DNA of 64,000 nucleotides from Heterodontus francisci (Eukaryota), in assembly GCF_036365525.1 (NCBI RefSeq), contig NC_090394.1, positions 70,528,741 through 70,592,740 on the forward strand, in the 5' to 3' direction. Positions within the stretch are counted from its first letter, which is position 1, and each line of letters begins with the position of its first letter. Both the position numbers and the translations under genes were made by a program. The notes under the pieces were generated by a model that was not told the DNA's origin, did no database searches, and worked only from the letters and a program-made list of their open reading frames with translations. Positions 37,731-51,075 of the stretch are shown here, piece after piece.

Positions 37731-38262
37731 TTTTTATACGGACCTTGTTTCTTTTGATAAATTGTGAGATTTTGAAGGGTTGGGTGGAACTAAAGATATG
37801 AATTTCAGGCTTGGTAAAAACCGGACTGGTCAGAGATGAGGAGGCAGAGTGATATGGGGCTTTGTTTGATTTAACACTGAAATGGCTCGGAGTGTTAAAA
37901 GTTGGAGGTCATCAAGTGAATTCCTGAAGTACACTCCCAACTGGAAGGCATTTCAGATTCAGTGCATTGCTGAGGCACAGGCTAGATAACGGCAGGCAGT
38001 GGAGATTACTGGCATAACACGAGACTAGTGCAAGTAATTGCTAAAGGCATTGAGTGGGAAAAGTCCATAAACAGAGCATTGGGAAGTAGGGGGCCATGTG
38101 CTATATTGGTAACATTTGTAAACGATTAATGAAAGATTACCTCATTGGGTGCTATGCAAAACATCTGTGAATTATTAACCCTTTTGTAACTGAGACAGAA
38201 AGATTCCAGTTTCTCATTCCTTTGTTTTTTTTCCTTTTCAGTTTTCAAGTTCTTTAGCTATG

Positions 38263-38470
38263 TGTCAGCTGTGGCTCAGTGAGCAGCACTTTCACCTTTA
38301 TAAGTTCCCAAGGTTTGTGGGTTCAAGTCCCACTCCTTTGATATGAGTATAAAACCTAAGCTGAGAAATACTGTACTGTTGGAGGTGCTGTCTTTTTGAT
38401 AAAATGTTAAACTGAGGCCCCACCTGCTCTTGTGGATGTAAAAGAACCCATGGCACTATTTCAAAGAGCA
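38263..38470 (+). mobile_element. Deu-SINE 5' half
   Basis: GTCAGCTGTGGCTCAGTG...GGGTTCAAGTCCCACTCC. Confidence 0.7.
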
Positions 38471-38481
38471 GCTGGGTTTGC

Positions 38482-38620
38482 TAAAATAAAAGCAAAATAC
38501 TGCAGATGCTGGAAATCTGAAACAAAACAAAAAAAGTGCTGGAAATACTCAGCAGGTCTGGCAGTATCTGTGGAGAGAGAAGCAAAGTTAACGTTTCAGG
38601 TCTGTGACTTTTCATCAGCT
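38482..38620 (-). mobile_element. Penelope-like terminal fragment with hammerhead core
   Basis: Minus: CTGATGA-AAAGTCACAGACCT-GAAACGTTAACT, then GCCAGACCTGCTGAGTATTTCCAGCA. Confidence 0.7.
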
Positions 38621-39810
38621 CTCCAACAATGCTGCCCTCTAGCATTTGTTAAGAAGTGGGGAAAAAGAATGGCCTGCAATGAATGATTCCTCCTCCCTAA
38701 AGTGGAAGAGATGAGGACTCTGGCTATGAACCTGTGACCAACTAATCCATGCAACAGCATGTGGACCTCTGCCATTTTGTGCCACCATTTCCTCTTCCCC
38801 TTTAAGTCTTTCTTGCTGCATTATTACATAAATCCTCCCAATGCTGTACACTAATTCCTGTTTATATGGCAGAGTGGGATCCATGGGAACAGAACACATA
38901 AGCAACTGTGCAATCTTGTGCCTGAGCAATTATCGTAAACGTGCAAAGTGCACAATCAGCAGGAATGTTTAGGTCAACCTGAGTAAACAAATGGGACCTC
39001 AGTTTGATGTCTCACCCAAACCGAAGATGGCAGCACTCCCTGAGTACTGCATTGAAGTGTCAGCCTCCAGCCTATGAAGTGGGACTTGAACTGACAGCCA
39101 TTCAACTAAAGTAGTGAGACAGTGCTCCCACTGGGCCTAAGCTGACACACACTAAAGTTAAAAGGTCTCCACTGGATCAACTTCTCCCACATATGTCACC
39201 TGACAAACCTTTCCAGCTGTCTTTGTGTGTGCAGAAGATGACATTCAGATAGCTATTTGTTGTCTGTTCAGTTCACTGTACCTTTTGATCAAATTGCAAT
39301 TGGCTGAAGAGACTGTTATGTGTGAGAAAATAGCTTTCAATACGAACAGCTAATTGACATCAATAGAGGATAGAACAGTGACCTTTGCCTCCTGATAAGT
39401 GACCAAGTATGCGTCTGCCAAAAAAGGGTGAAATCATTTCCTGTTTTTCAATAACATTTAGTCCCATTATATAACAAAAGAAATATTGCCTGAAAATTTG
39501 GCGCTGTCTTTCATCAAATATTTCTTCAAGCTGTAAAGATGGTTAGTTGAATGTGAAATGACTGAATTCACAGGGAATAGGTCAATTGTTTAACACTAAA
39601 CAGCAATCTTTCATGGTCATCCTTACTTGCCAAGTTCTTCATTGGTAGAGCTACTACAATCTTTTAGCTGCGCTGAGGAAAACCTTTTGTCTTGTACATG
39701 AGCTGTGATTTTTTTTTTAATCACATTGTTCATCTAAAATGTATCCTAATCTAAATTGGATTGGACTTGGCCTATTTGAGACTTTCCATCATTTAGTCCT
39801 AACTAGACTA

Positions 39811-40125
39811 GGGTGGTGCAGTGGTTAGCACCGCAGTCTCATAGCTCCAGCGACCTGGGTTTAGTTCTGGGTACTGCCTGTGTGGAGTTTGCAAGTTCTC
39901 CCTGTGACCATGTGGGTTTCTCCTGGGTGCTCTGGTTTCCTCCCAAAGCCAAAGACTTGCAGATTAATAGGTAAATTGGCCATTGTAAATTGCCCCCAGT
40001 GTAGGTAAGTGGTGGGGGTGTGATATGGGATTAATGTAGGATTAGTATAAATGGGTGGTTGTTGGTCAGCACAGACTTGGTGGGCCAAAGGGCCTGTTTC
40101 AGTGCTGTATCTCTTTAAAAAAAAA
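39811..40125 (+). mobile_element. HE1-type V-SINE
   Basis: GGGTGGTGCAGTGGTTAGCACC...V-domain...GGCCTGTTTCAGTGCTGTATCTC + A tail. Confidence 0.85.
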
Positions 40126-41711
40126 ATAGACTAATTGGATCTGTTCCTATTATTCTGTGGTCATGCTGACTAGGTGGTAATTTTGAGTTTCGTTCTGAGT
40201 GTTGTGTTAATAGTCTGAGATTGTCTACCTTGCCATGTATGATACAGTAATCAGTCCTGCACCTTGGGGGCTGTATAATTTCATAACAATTTTGGTTGCT
40301 TTGTTCCATATAGGAAACCATATAAGGATTCCGTACCCTGTATATTGTAGTAAATGCAATCATTAAATAGAACTGAGAGCTGGGGCTCTTCTATCTAGAA
40401 AAGAGAAGGCTAAGGGTTGACCTGATTGAGGTCTTTAGGGTTATGAAGGGGTTTAATAAGGGTAGACCTGGAGAAGATGCTTCCATTCCTTGGAGAGACC
40501 AAAACTAGGGGCCATAAATCTAAGAAAGTCACTAATATATTCAAGAGGGAATTCAGGAGAATTCTCTTCACCTCATCCTGGTTTAATGAATTGTGTAGGA
40601 GAGCATGCCAGGAGCAGCACCAGGCATACCTAAAAGTGAGATGCCAACCTGGTGAAGCTACAACACAGGACTACATGCATGCCAAACAGCAGCAGCAGCA
40701 GCATGCGATAGACAGAGCTAAGCAATCGCATAACCAATGGATCAGATCAAAGCTCTGCAGTCCGACCACATCCAGTTGTGAATAGTGGTGTAAAATTAAA
40801 CAACTAACAAGAGGACGAATCTCCAAAAACATCCCCATTCTTAATGACTTAATGATGGAGGAGCCAAGCACATCAGTGTAAAAGACAAGGCTGAAGCATT
40901 TGCAACCATCTGCAGCCAGAAGTGCCAAGTGGATGATCCATCTTGGCCTCCTCCTGACATCCCCAGCATCATAGATGCCAGTCTTCAGACAATTCAATTC
41001 ACTCAAAGTGATATCAAGAAACAGCTGAAGGCACTGGATACTGTAAAGGCTGTGGGACCCGACAACATCCTGTCTGTATTAATGAAGACGCACTCCAGAA
41101 ATGGCTGTGCCCTTAGCCAAACTGTTCCAGTTCAGTTACAACACTGGCACCTACCCAATGTGGAAAATTGCCCCAGTATGTCTTGTCACAAAAAGCAGGA
41201 CAAATCCAACCTGGCCAATTACACCCCATCAGTCTGCTCTCAATAATCAGTAAATTGATGGAAGGGGTCACTGGCAGTGCTATCAAGCAGCATTTACTCA
41301 GCAATAACCTGATCACTGATGCTCAGATTCATAGAATCATGGAATCATAGAATGGTTACACCACAGAAGGAGGCCATTCAGCCCATCGTGTCCACGTTGA
41401 CTTTCTGCAAGACTAACTTAGCTAATTCCACCCGCCCGCCTTTTCCCCAAAGCCCTGCAATTCCTTTCTCTTCAGATAATTATCCAACTCCCAGGCAGTG
41501 CATCCCAGATCCTAACTGGTTTCCGCCAGGGTCGCCCAGCTGTAAACCTCATTACAGCCTTGGTTCAAACATGGACAAAAGAGCTGAATTCCAGAGGTGA
41601 GGTGAGAGTGACTGCCCTTGACAGCAAGGCAGCATTTGACTGAGTGTAGCAGCAAGGAGACCTTGCAAAATTGAAGGCAATGGGAATCAGGCAGAAAATT
41701 CTCCACCGGTT

Positions 41712-41984
41712 GGAGTCATTCTAGAAGATGGTTGTGGTTGTTGGAGGTCAATCATCTCAGCCCCAGGCCATCACTGCAGGAGTCATTCTAGAAGATGGTT
41801 GTGGTTGTTGGAGGTCAATCATCTCAGCCCCAGGCCATCACTGTAGGAGTCATTCTAGAAGATGGTTGTGGTTGTTGGAGGTCAATCATCTCAGCCCCAG
41901 GCCATCACTGCAGGAGTCATTCTAGAAGATGGTTGTGGTTGTTAGAGGTCAATCATCTCAGCCCCAGGCCATCACTGCAGGAGT
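41712..41984 (+). repeat. 67-bp tandem repeat x4 inside the LINE RT region
   Basis: Units start at 41712, 41779, 41846 and 41913; near-identical; bounded by GGAGT. Confidence 0.95.
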
Positions 41985-42480
41985 TCCTCAGGGTAGTGTC
42001 CTAGGCCCAACCATCTACAGCTGCTTCATCAATGACCGTCCCTCCAACATAAGGTAAGCAATGAGGATGTTTGCTGATGATTTCACAATGTTCAGTACCA
42101 TTCGCAACTCCTCAGATACTGAAGCAGTCTGTGCCAGCATGCAACAAGACCTGGGCAGCATTCAGGTTTGGGCTGAAACGTGGCAAGTAACATTCATGCC
42201 ACACAAGTGCCAGGCAATGATCATCTCCAACAAGAGAGAATCTGACCATCTCCCCTTGACATTCAATGGCATTACCATCGCTGAATCCCCCACGATCAAC
42301 ATCCTGGGGGTCACCATTGGCCTGAAACTGAACTGGACCAGGTACATAAATACTGCGGCTCCAAGAGCAGGTCAGAGGCTGTGAATTCTGCAGTGAGTAA
42401 CTCAGCTCCTGACTCCCCAAAGCCTGTCCACCATCTACAAGGCACAAGTCAGGAATGTGATGGAACATTCTCCACTTGCC

Positions 42481-42927
42481 CGGTCTTACCCTACCCACTT
42501 TCACTTGCCACTGCAAAAAAACTCCTTGGAAGTAATGGGAAGAATGGCACTGCTTTTGATGAGACACCAATGAGGTGATGTCTGGTTCCAAGCTGGAGAG
42601 CTTCAGTCTCATGCCGAGCTTCATGTTCAGCTGGTTCCTCTTTGTTTTCAGCCCCACAAGTGTTGAAAATCTGATCCTGCAGTTGTATGTTGTCACAGTA
42701 ACATAAATCTTGCTTATAAAGCTACATTGTTGTTGCTTGTGCTAATGACGACTTGTGCCATGCACGCAGGAGCCGTTCTGTTTGTTTGACTTCACACAAG
42801 TGGTGGGGTTGAGCCTATTCTCTCTTATGGCCTCGGCCATGACTTGCATTTTGGACCAGCCCGCAATCCACCTGGAGGATACTTGCAGACCAGTAGTGGT
42901 CTGCGAACCACACTTTGAGAATCGCTG
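42481..42927 (-). mobile_element. hAT (Charlie/Buster-type) DNA transposon derivative
   Basis: Terminus CAGCGATTCTCAAAGTGTGGT (Charlie/MER5-like TIR); minus ORF TTYNCRIRFSTLVGLKTKRNQLNMKLGMRLKLSSLEPDI...KQCHSSH resembles the Buster/ZBED5 C-terminal dimerisation domain (42535-42696). Confidence 0.75.
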
Positions 42928-43889
42928 AAGGTCCAGGACAGTAGACGCATGGGAACACCACCACCTGCAAGTTCCCCTCCAAATCACACACCATCCTGAC
43001 TTGGAACTATATCGCCGTTCTTTCACTGTCACTGCGTCAAAATCCTGGAATTCCCTTCCTAACAGCACTGTGGGTGTACCTACCCCAAATGGACTGCAGC
43101 AGTTCAAGAAGGCAGCTCACCACCACCTTCTCAAGGGCAATTAGGGATGGGCAATAAATGCTGGCCTGGCCAATGACGCTGACATTCCAAGAATGAATTT
43201 TTAAAAAACGTGTGCTTAGAATGTGGAACATGCTACTACAAGGGGTAGTTGAGGCAAATAGCATAAATGCATTTAAGGGGAAGCTAGATAAACACATGAG
43301 GGAGAAAGGAATAGAAGGATATGATGATAGGCTTAGTTGAAGAGGCAACAGGAGGAGCATAACCACCAGCATGGAGCAGTTGGGTCGCATGGTCTGTTTC
43401 TCTGCTGCAAATTCTATGTGATCAAATTTAGATGTACTTGCTTTCGTACAGAGTTACCAATCTCCCAGAAAGCTCCTTACAAGAGACATAATTGGCAGCA
43501 CCCTCAACTGCCTATCATTTTTACCCCTCCTTCCCCATCCTCCTTCCCCATCCTCCACCAAGAAACATGCATAAGGATGTTGATGGATTGTCATTTGTGT
43601 TTGCAGTTTGTTTGGATGTTTTGCTGATGGATTTTCCCTTTTTGAACTGGATAGTTTGCTCTTCCAAGTTCTTTCCGGCTGCAAGTTCTTTGATGTGGTT
43701 CTGTTGCAGTCGTTCCAATCAGAGTTCCTCGACTGGAAGTAAGGTGAACTTTCACCTAGCACCACACAAAGGTATTCCTGCCAATCATCACTTCCTAGTA
43801 TTGGCTCTTTGTGCATTGACAATTCTGTGTGAAAACAATTAAAAAGAATACATAAAAGTAACGTAACCTTGAATCATAGAATAGTTGCA

Positions 43890-44190
43890 GCGTCTTCCAA
43901 ACCCGCGACCTCTACCACCTAGAAGGACAAGGGCAGCAGATCCCTGGAAACAACACCACCTGCAAGTTCCCCTCCAAGCCACACACCATCCTGACTTGTA
44001 ACTATATCACCGTTCCTTCACTGTCGCTGGGTCAAAATCCTGGAACTCACTTCCTAACAACACTGTTGGTGTACCAACTGACTACAGCAGTTCAAGAAGG
44101 CAGCTCACCACCACCTTCTCAAGGGCAATTAGGGATGGGGAATAAATGCAGTCCTAGCCAGTGAAGCCCACATCCTATTTCAGAATAAAA
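43890..44190 (+). mobile_element. LINE family B 3' end
   Basis: Closely similar to 42930-43200. Confidence 0.8.
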
Positions 44191-44194
44191 AAGG

Positions 44195-44770
44195 GGGCCA
44201 TTTTTCTCATCGTCTCAACGCTGGGTCTTTGTAAGAGTAACTCAGCTGGTCCCACTCCACTGCCTTTCCCTGCAGCCTAGCAATTTTTTCTCTTTAAATA
44301 ATTATCCAATATCCTTTTGAAAGCCGCGATTGAATCTGCCTCCACCACGCTCTCAGGCAATACATTCCAGTTTCTAAACACTCGCTGCTTAAAAAAAGTT
44401 TTTCCTCATGAATGCATTTTAAAAGTGGCCTCATCTTTCATCTTTATGGTACTTTGGTTAAGGAAGGTATCATAGAATCATGCAGCACTGAAGGAGGCCA
44501 TTCAGCCCTGCATGTCTGTGACAGCTCTTTGAAAGAACTATCTAATTAATTTCACCTTCACTCCCACCACCACCACCAGTACCACCACCCTGCTTCCCCA
44601 TCCTGGCTCTTTCCCCTTCGCTCTGCAAATTTTTCTCCTTTCAAGCATTTAGCCCATTCCCTTTTAAAAGTTACTATTGAATCTCCTTCCACGATCCTTT
44701 TGGGCAGTACATTCTAGGTCTCAACAACACTTAAAAAAAATTCTCCTCGTCTCGCCTCTGGTCCCTTTGC
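44195..44770 (-). mobile_element. CR1 3' tail fragments
   Basis: Homologous to the 16175 and 37430 fragments. Confidence 0.6.
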
Positions 44771-45494
44771 CAATCTGTGTCATCTTAAAACAGCTCATTT
44801 GATATGCATATTTCTAGGGAAACTCTATTAGTGTTTTCTGTCATCTCTTTAAAGCAACGCAGGAGGAAAGTCAGGCTCTATTACACACATGGCCATTCCT
44901 TTGAAGAAGCTGACTTAAAAACCAGCGGGGAAAAGAAACATCACATTTTTGTTTGTTGTGACAACCGAGAAAACACCAAAGGCAGTGTGCCTCAAATAAC
45001 ATGAGTGTTTATTTCAGAATGGCACCAGCAGATTGGGAGTTCAGCCAAGTTTCTTTTGTAGAATTGTAGATGACAGCATGTTGCATTGTCAAAGTATTTC
45101 TGGAATGATAATTTTCTGACCATTATATTGAGGATGGGAATGATTGACCTAGTGCAACACAAATAGTTACTTAAAGGAGTGATGTCGCTGCAGGGGTGGG
45201 TTTTCAGGCAGGCTCTATCTCTGAAATAATCAATAGCATTCATCATTGAAAACACATTTCCAGGAATTTATCGTCCACCTTGATCAAACTTCCTCGTTTC
45301 ATGATTGTTCCTACTTATATCAACACTGAAGATAAAAATAACAAGTTTTGCAGTATCAGAGACGATCTACAGCATGAGCATAACTTCTAGTAAATGGCCA
45401 GCACAGGCATTGCCTCCTAAATCAGCTAGGTGCGCATTGAGCAGACACCTTTACTGAGCTGACTGTTGAATGTTGGTGACCAACACTGATTTTT

Positions 45495-45935
45495 TTTTTA
45501 TTCATTCATGGGATAGGGGTGTCGCGGGCTAGGCCAGCATTTGTTGCCCATCCCTGATTACCCTTGAGAAGTTGGTGGTGATCCTCCTTCTTGAACCGCT
45601 GCAGTCCACGTGGTGTAGGTACATCCACAGTGCTGTTAGGGAGGGTGGTCAAGGATCTTGACGCCCGCCATGATGAAGGAACAACGATATAGTTCCAGAT
45701 TAGGATGGTGTGTGGCTTGGAGGGGAACTTGCAGGTGGTGGTGTTCCCATGCGTCTGCTGCCCTTGCTCTCCTAAGTGGTTGAGGTCACAGTTTTGGAAG
45801 ATGCTGCTGAAGGTGACTTGCTGTAGTGCATTCTGTAGATGGTGCACACTGCTGCCAGTGTGTGCCAGTGGTGGAGGGAGTGAATGTTGAAGGTGGTGCA
45901 TGGGGTGCCAATCAAGTGGGATGCTATGTCCTGCC
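45495..45935 (-). mobile_element. LINE family B 3' fragment
   Basis: Reverse of the 43.9-44.2 kb tail plus upstream sequence. Confidence 0.8.
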
Positions 45936-46014
45936 CACTACCAAAATAACAAATTTAATAGTTGATCAGAACTGAGGGTGTTTAATGTAGGTGGTAGCTG
46001 GCTACTTACTGCTG

Positions 46015-46800
46015 GGAAAATGTGAGGTTGTCCACTTTGGCAGGAAGAATAGAAAAGCAGAATATTATTTACATGGAAAGAGACTGCAGAATGCTGCAGT
46101 ACAGAGGGATCAGGGTGTCCTTCTACATGAATCACAAAAGATTAGCATGCAGGCACCGCAGTAATTAGGAAGGCAAATGGAATGTTGGCATTTATTGCAA
46201 AGGGGATGGCGTATAAAAGTAGGGAAGTCTTCCTACAACTATATAGGGCATTAATGAGACTGCATCTAGAGTACTGTGTGCAATTTTGGTCTCCTTACTT
46301 GAGGAGGGATATACTTGCATTGGAAACAGGTCAAAGAAGGTTCATTAGTCTGATTCCTGAGCTGAAGGGGTTATCTTATGAGGAAAGGTTGAGCATCATT
46401 GGCGTTTAGAAGAATGAGAGGTGATCTTATTGAAACATATCTTTCTAAAGGTGCTTGACAGGCTAGCTGCTGAGAGGATGTTTCCCCTTGTAGGGGAATC
46501 TAGAACTAGGGGAACAGTTTCAAAATAAGGGGTCTCCCTTTTAGGACAGCAATGAGGAAATTCTTCTCTCAGTGGGTCATTAATCTTTGGAATTCTCTTC
46601 TCCAGAGAGCAGTGGAGTCTGGGTCATTGAATATATTCAAGGTTGAGTTAGACAGATATTTGATCTACAAGGGAGTCAAGGGTTATTGTGGGCAGACAGG
46701 AAAGTGGAATTACGGCCACAATCACATCAACCATGATCTTATTGAATGGCAGAGCAGACTCAAGGGGCTGAATGGCCTACTCCTGCTCTTATGTTCTTAT
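46015..46800 (+). mobile_element. CR1 LINE 3' fragment
   Basis: LAFIAKG..YKSREV.LQLYRAL.R.HLEYCVQFWSP; FFSQ.V.NLWNSL; (TTATGTTC)n tail. Confidence 0.85.
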
Positions 46801-47144
46801 GCTGTATCTGTAAGTAGGCATCTTTCCTAGTCTGTAACATGCAAAAGGAATAATTACATCAATTTGGTTGGAGGATATCCTCTATGGGCTGATTAAAAAT
46901 CCAGAGGGAAATTTTCCCCAGGTAGATCATCTTACATAGATGTGTGAGAGTACCAGAACTGAGAGGGTATAACTATGAGGAAAGATTGAACAAGCCGGGG
47001 CTCTTTTTTCTAAAAAAGAGGTGACCTAATAGAGGTCTTTAAAGTTATGAAGGAGTTTGATAGGGTAGTCATAGAGAAGACACTTCCACTTGTAGGGAAT
47101 CCAAAACTAGAATGTGCAGCTGTAAGGAATTCTTGTCCTGTCTA

Positions 47145-47480
47145 CATCTTGCATTCATATAGTGCCTTTAACATCGAAATAACATCCCAGGATGCTTTAC
47201 AGGATCTTTATCGGACAAAATTTGACACTGCGCCGCATAGCGAGATATTAGGCAGGTGACCCAAAACTTGGTCAAAGAGTTCAGTCTTAATGAGAATCCT
47301 CGAGGAGGAAAAAGAGATAGAGAGTTGGAGAGGTTTAGCAAAGGAATTCTAGAGCTTAGGATCTAGGCAGCTGCAGGCATGGACACCAATGCTGAAGTGA
47401 TGAAAATCAGGAATGCGCACAGAGCACAGAGAACTAGGAGGAGGTGACAGAGATTGAAAGGGATGAGGCCATGGATGGAT
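47145..47480 (-). mobile_element. L2 3' fragment
   Basis: Reverse of the L2 tail/ORF end seen at 2040. Confidence 0.65.
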
Positions 47481-48169
47481 TTGAAAAAAGATTTCTGTAT
47501 CAGACCCAGGAGTACTCAAAATCTGGTGCCTGATGAGTACAAAACTGACCATAAAAAAACCCCTAAAGAAATTGTGTCTCTTTGATGGTAAGGATTATGG
47601 TATGAATAGGTGCTCTGTATCAGGATCAGTGTCAGTGGTGCTATCCAAAGGCTCTGATGTAAAGACCTCCCACTTCATTTGGAACAATTGGGTTTTGCTT
47701 TGCTACTTCCATTGTGTGTCACTCACCATAAGGATTGCATTATTCTTTTCAACATTGTGTTTGAATGTATTTCAGATAACACAAGGCCAGTGATTTCAGC
47801 ATTAGCCCAAGCTGCAACCTCACTGGAAATGCCAAAATGAGTCTTGATCCAGGAGTAGCAAAGGTCCATTGAAACCCTTGGTGCGGACTCACGGGTACAG
47901 CAGAGATTAGAGTTTCCCAGTAGAAGTGCTGCCAACCCTCAACTCCAATCACAAATTTAGGGAGATCTTGAGAGAGGTCAGCAATTGAATGTTACAATAA
48001 AGCCAAAAGCATAAATGGGTTGGACAGTGAGTGAAGATTCTTAGTCAGAAACAGAATCCATTCCAGCAGACTTGGCTCTAACATATTTTAATATAGAAAC
48101 TAAATGGAAACCTCATCCAGACAAGGAGAGTGGAATGCTGAAATTAGGGCTTCGGGTACATTGATAATT

Positions 48170-48850
48170 GCATTATGTTCAATTCTGGACATCACATTTT
48201 ATGAAGGCCGTGAAGGCTTTGGACAGGGTACAGAAGAGATTTGCTAGAATGATTCCAGGGATGAGGGATTACAGTTACTTGGATAGACTGGAGAAGCTGG
48301 GGTCATTTTCCATAGAGCAGAGAGGCTAAGAGGAAATTAGATAGAGGCGTTTACTAGACTAATGTTTGGAATGGGTGGGTTGTCTTATGAGGAAAGGTTG
48401 GACAGGCTAAGCTGGTATCCACTGGAGTTTAGAAGAGTAAAAGGCAACTTGATCGAAGCATATAAAATCCTGAGGAGTCTTGACAGGGTAGATGTGGAAA
48501 AGATGTTTCCCCTTGTGGGAGAATCTAGAAATAGGGGTTACTGTTTAAAAATAAGGGGCCACCCATTTAAGACAGAGATGAGGAGAAATTTTTTCTTTCA
48601 GATGGTTGTGAGTCTTTGGAACTCTCTTTCTCAAAAGGCAGTGGAAGCAGAGTCTTTGAATATTTTTAAGGCAGAGGTAGATAGATTCTTGATGAGCAAG
48701 GGGATGAAAGGTTATCAGGGGTAGGTGGGAATGTGAAGTTGAGGTTACAATCAGATCAGCCACAATCTTCTTGAATGGTGGAGCAGGCTCGAGGGGCCGA
48801 GTGGCCTACTCCTGCTCCTAATTTATATGTTCATATGTTCGTATATATGT
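48170..48850 (+). mobile_element. CR1 3' fragments (two tandem pieces)
   Basis: GLSYEERLDRL..YPLEFRR.KG.LIE...LWNSL; (ATATGTTC)n tail. Confidence 0.8.
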
Positions 48851-49269
48851 TCGATTCCATAATCCAGTGAATATCATCGCTAGTTTACACCATGATATGA
48901 AACATCCTTTCATGAACATGGCCAATCTGTAGTTAGAATGGTAGGGAATACATCTAAGATTGGATATAAATTAATTGTGTTCTAAATAAACAACAGGAGA
49001 AGTTACGCGATCTCGAAACTGCATGACAGTAAGAATTAATTCTGTTGGAAGGTGTGGAATCTGACCTGGAATACAATTAAAGACATTAAACTGGATTTTC
49101 TTCTGTGTGTTATCACACGGCAACTGCACAGAAATTTTGTACTAATTATACTGCATTATGTTTACTGCCAGTTTGGTACTAAATACACAACGATTTGGCA
49201 TTTATTAATGGCGTGTGTTAAATAAAGTTGAAGCTTGTCCAAATGACACCAGAGCAGTATAAGGATTAC

Positions 49270-49680
49270 ATAGAATGCAGTATAGTGCAGAAACAGGCCA
49301 TCTGGCCCAACTGGTCCATATTGGTGTTTATGTTCCACACAAGCGTCCTCCCACTGCTCTTCAGTTAACCCGATCAGCATATACTTCTATTTCTTTCCCA
49401 CTCATGTGTTTACCTAGCCTCCCCTTAAATGCATCTATGCTATTTGCCTCAACCACTCCTTTTGGTAGCGAGTTCCACATTCTAACCATTCTCTGGGTAA
49501 AGGATTTTCTCCTGAACTCCCTATTGAATTTATGAGTAACTATCTCATATTCATGGCCTTAGTTTTGGTCTCCGTCACATCTGCCCTATCAAATCTTTTC
49601 ATAACTTTAAAGACCTCTATTGGGTCACCCCGCAACCTTCTGTCTAGACAAAAGAGCCCCAGTCTGTGCAGCCTTTCACA
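49270..49680 (-). mobile_element. CR1 3' fragment
   Basis: Reverse of the 14600-15085 type. Confidence 0.7.
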
Positions 49681-50824
49681 CTTTCCCACAAACATCTATC
49701 TCACTCACAAAACTGTAGTTTAAACAGTTATGCCTTAAAATTATGCTTTGGATACTACCATATAGGTGCTAACCCCTTCATATGAAATGCTGCCCCAATT
49801 ATTTTGACGCAGCTTGACAACTCTTGTCCTCGCGGATGACAGAATTCCATATGGATGGGTTAGGAGGAGGGGAGGAAGAGAATGCACATCCTTCGCTTCC
49901 CAGACATATGGAACAGAATTTCCACAGCAGTAACCTTGGGAAGCCTCTGTATTATTTAAAATACACACGTCATAAACATTTATTTTAAGTCATACAGCTT
50001 TCTCCACCTCTACAACAGGCAAAACCCATTTAAAAATTAAATGCAACATTTATAGGAAGTTTGTAATGTCTACAAGTATTTTATACCTTTCGAACTGTAT
50101 TGCATGTGCAATCTATGAATGGAGTTGATTAGTTATGTGCCACTCACATTGAATCTTTACATTGTTTCAACCCCTTATATAAACAGCCAATTATTTTTAA
50201 TTCCTAATCTTATACCATTGGAGTTTTAAGAAGAATCAAGTACAACAGTGAGTAATAATGGCAGATAAATGCAATTATGTCCCCAGTATTCCACAGTGCT
50301 GTCATCCATGGAAGATGCTGTTAAGCATTGTGATATTGGTCAAAGTCCAATTTCTGGGTGGTTAAGAACATAATTCACTAGGCAGCTAATTCTTGTTTTA
50401 CTGTGGAATCAGAAACGCAGAAATGAATGTGATGGAGTGTTGGAACATCTCCGTCTACCTTTTTCATTATCCAGTTGGTTGCACAAAGTTACCACCTAGA
50501 GATTTATTGCCACAACAACAATGGAAAACAACACAGCAGTGCAACCGTGGTAAAGTGATGCGTTCACTATTAAAGGCCATCGATGATCAACCAACAGGAA
50601 CATATAATCCATCTTTCTCTAACCTCCCTTGACATCTGCAAAGCATATGTATGCAGCACTGATTAATGGTCTGCATCCAGAACTGAAAAAAGAGGATTAA
50701 CTATTTGAGATAAGGTCGAGTTGGGGAAGGCACCCCCTATCTAATGTTGCATGCAACGTTACTTGTTACGTACACACACTGCAGGTGTTGAAGAGAATGC
50801 ACAGCTCTGAGGGATTCTTGTCTA

Positions 50825-51075
50825 CAATAACAACCTGCATTTATATGGCACCTTTAACATAACAAAATGTCTCCAAGATGTTTCACAGTAGCATTATCAG
50901 ACAGAATTTATCACTGAGCCACACGAGGAGATATTAGGACAAGTGACCAAAAGCTTGGTCAAAATGGTAGATTTTTAGGAGCGTCTTAAAGCTAGAGAGA
51001 GAGGTAGAGAGACCAAGAGATTTAGGGAGGGAATTCCAGAGCTTAGGGCCCAGGCGACTGAAGGCACGGCCAACA
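50825..51075 (-). mobile_element. L2 3' fragment
   Basis: Reverse L2 tail. Confidence 0.7.

Larger units (their letters stand above)
40570..43200 (+). mobile_element. Decayed CR1-like LINE family B (RT region to 3' end) with nested insertions
   Basis: KAVGPDNI, PISLLSIISKLME, GVPQGSVLGP, MFADD, WAETWQVTF.P.KCQ motifs; tail CAAGGGCAATTAGGGATGGGCAATAAATGCTGGCC; CR1 tail inserted at ~41329-41515 and hAT at 42481-42927. Confidence 0.85.

Noticed and set aside
41712-41984. CRISPR-like array
   Set aside because: No variable spacers; the unit is LINE RT sequence.
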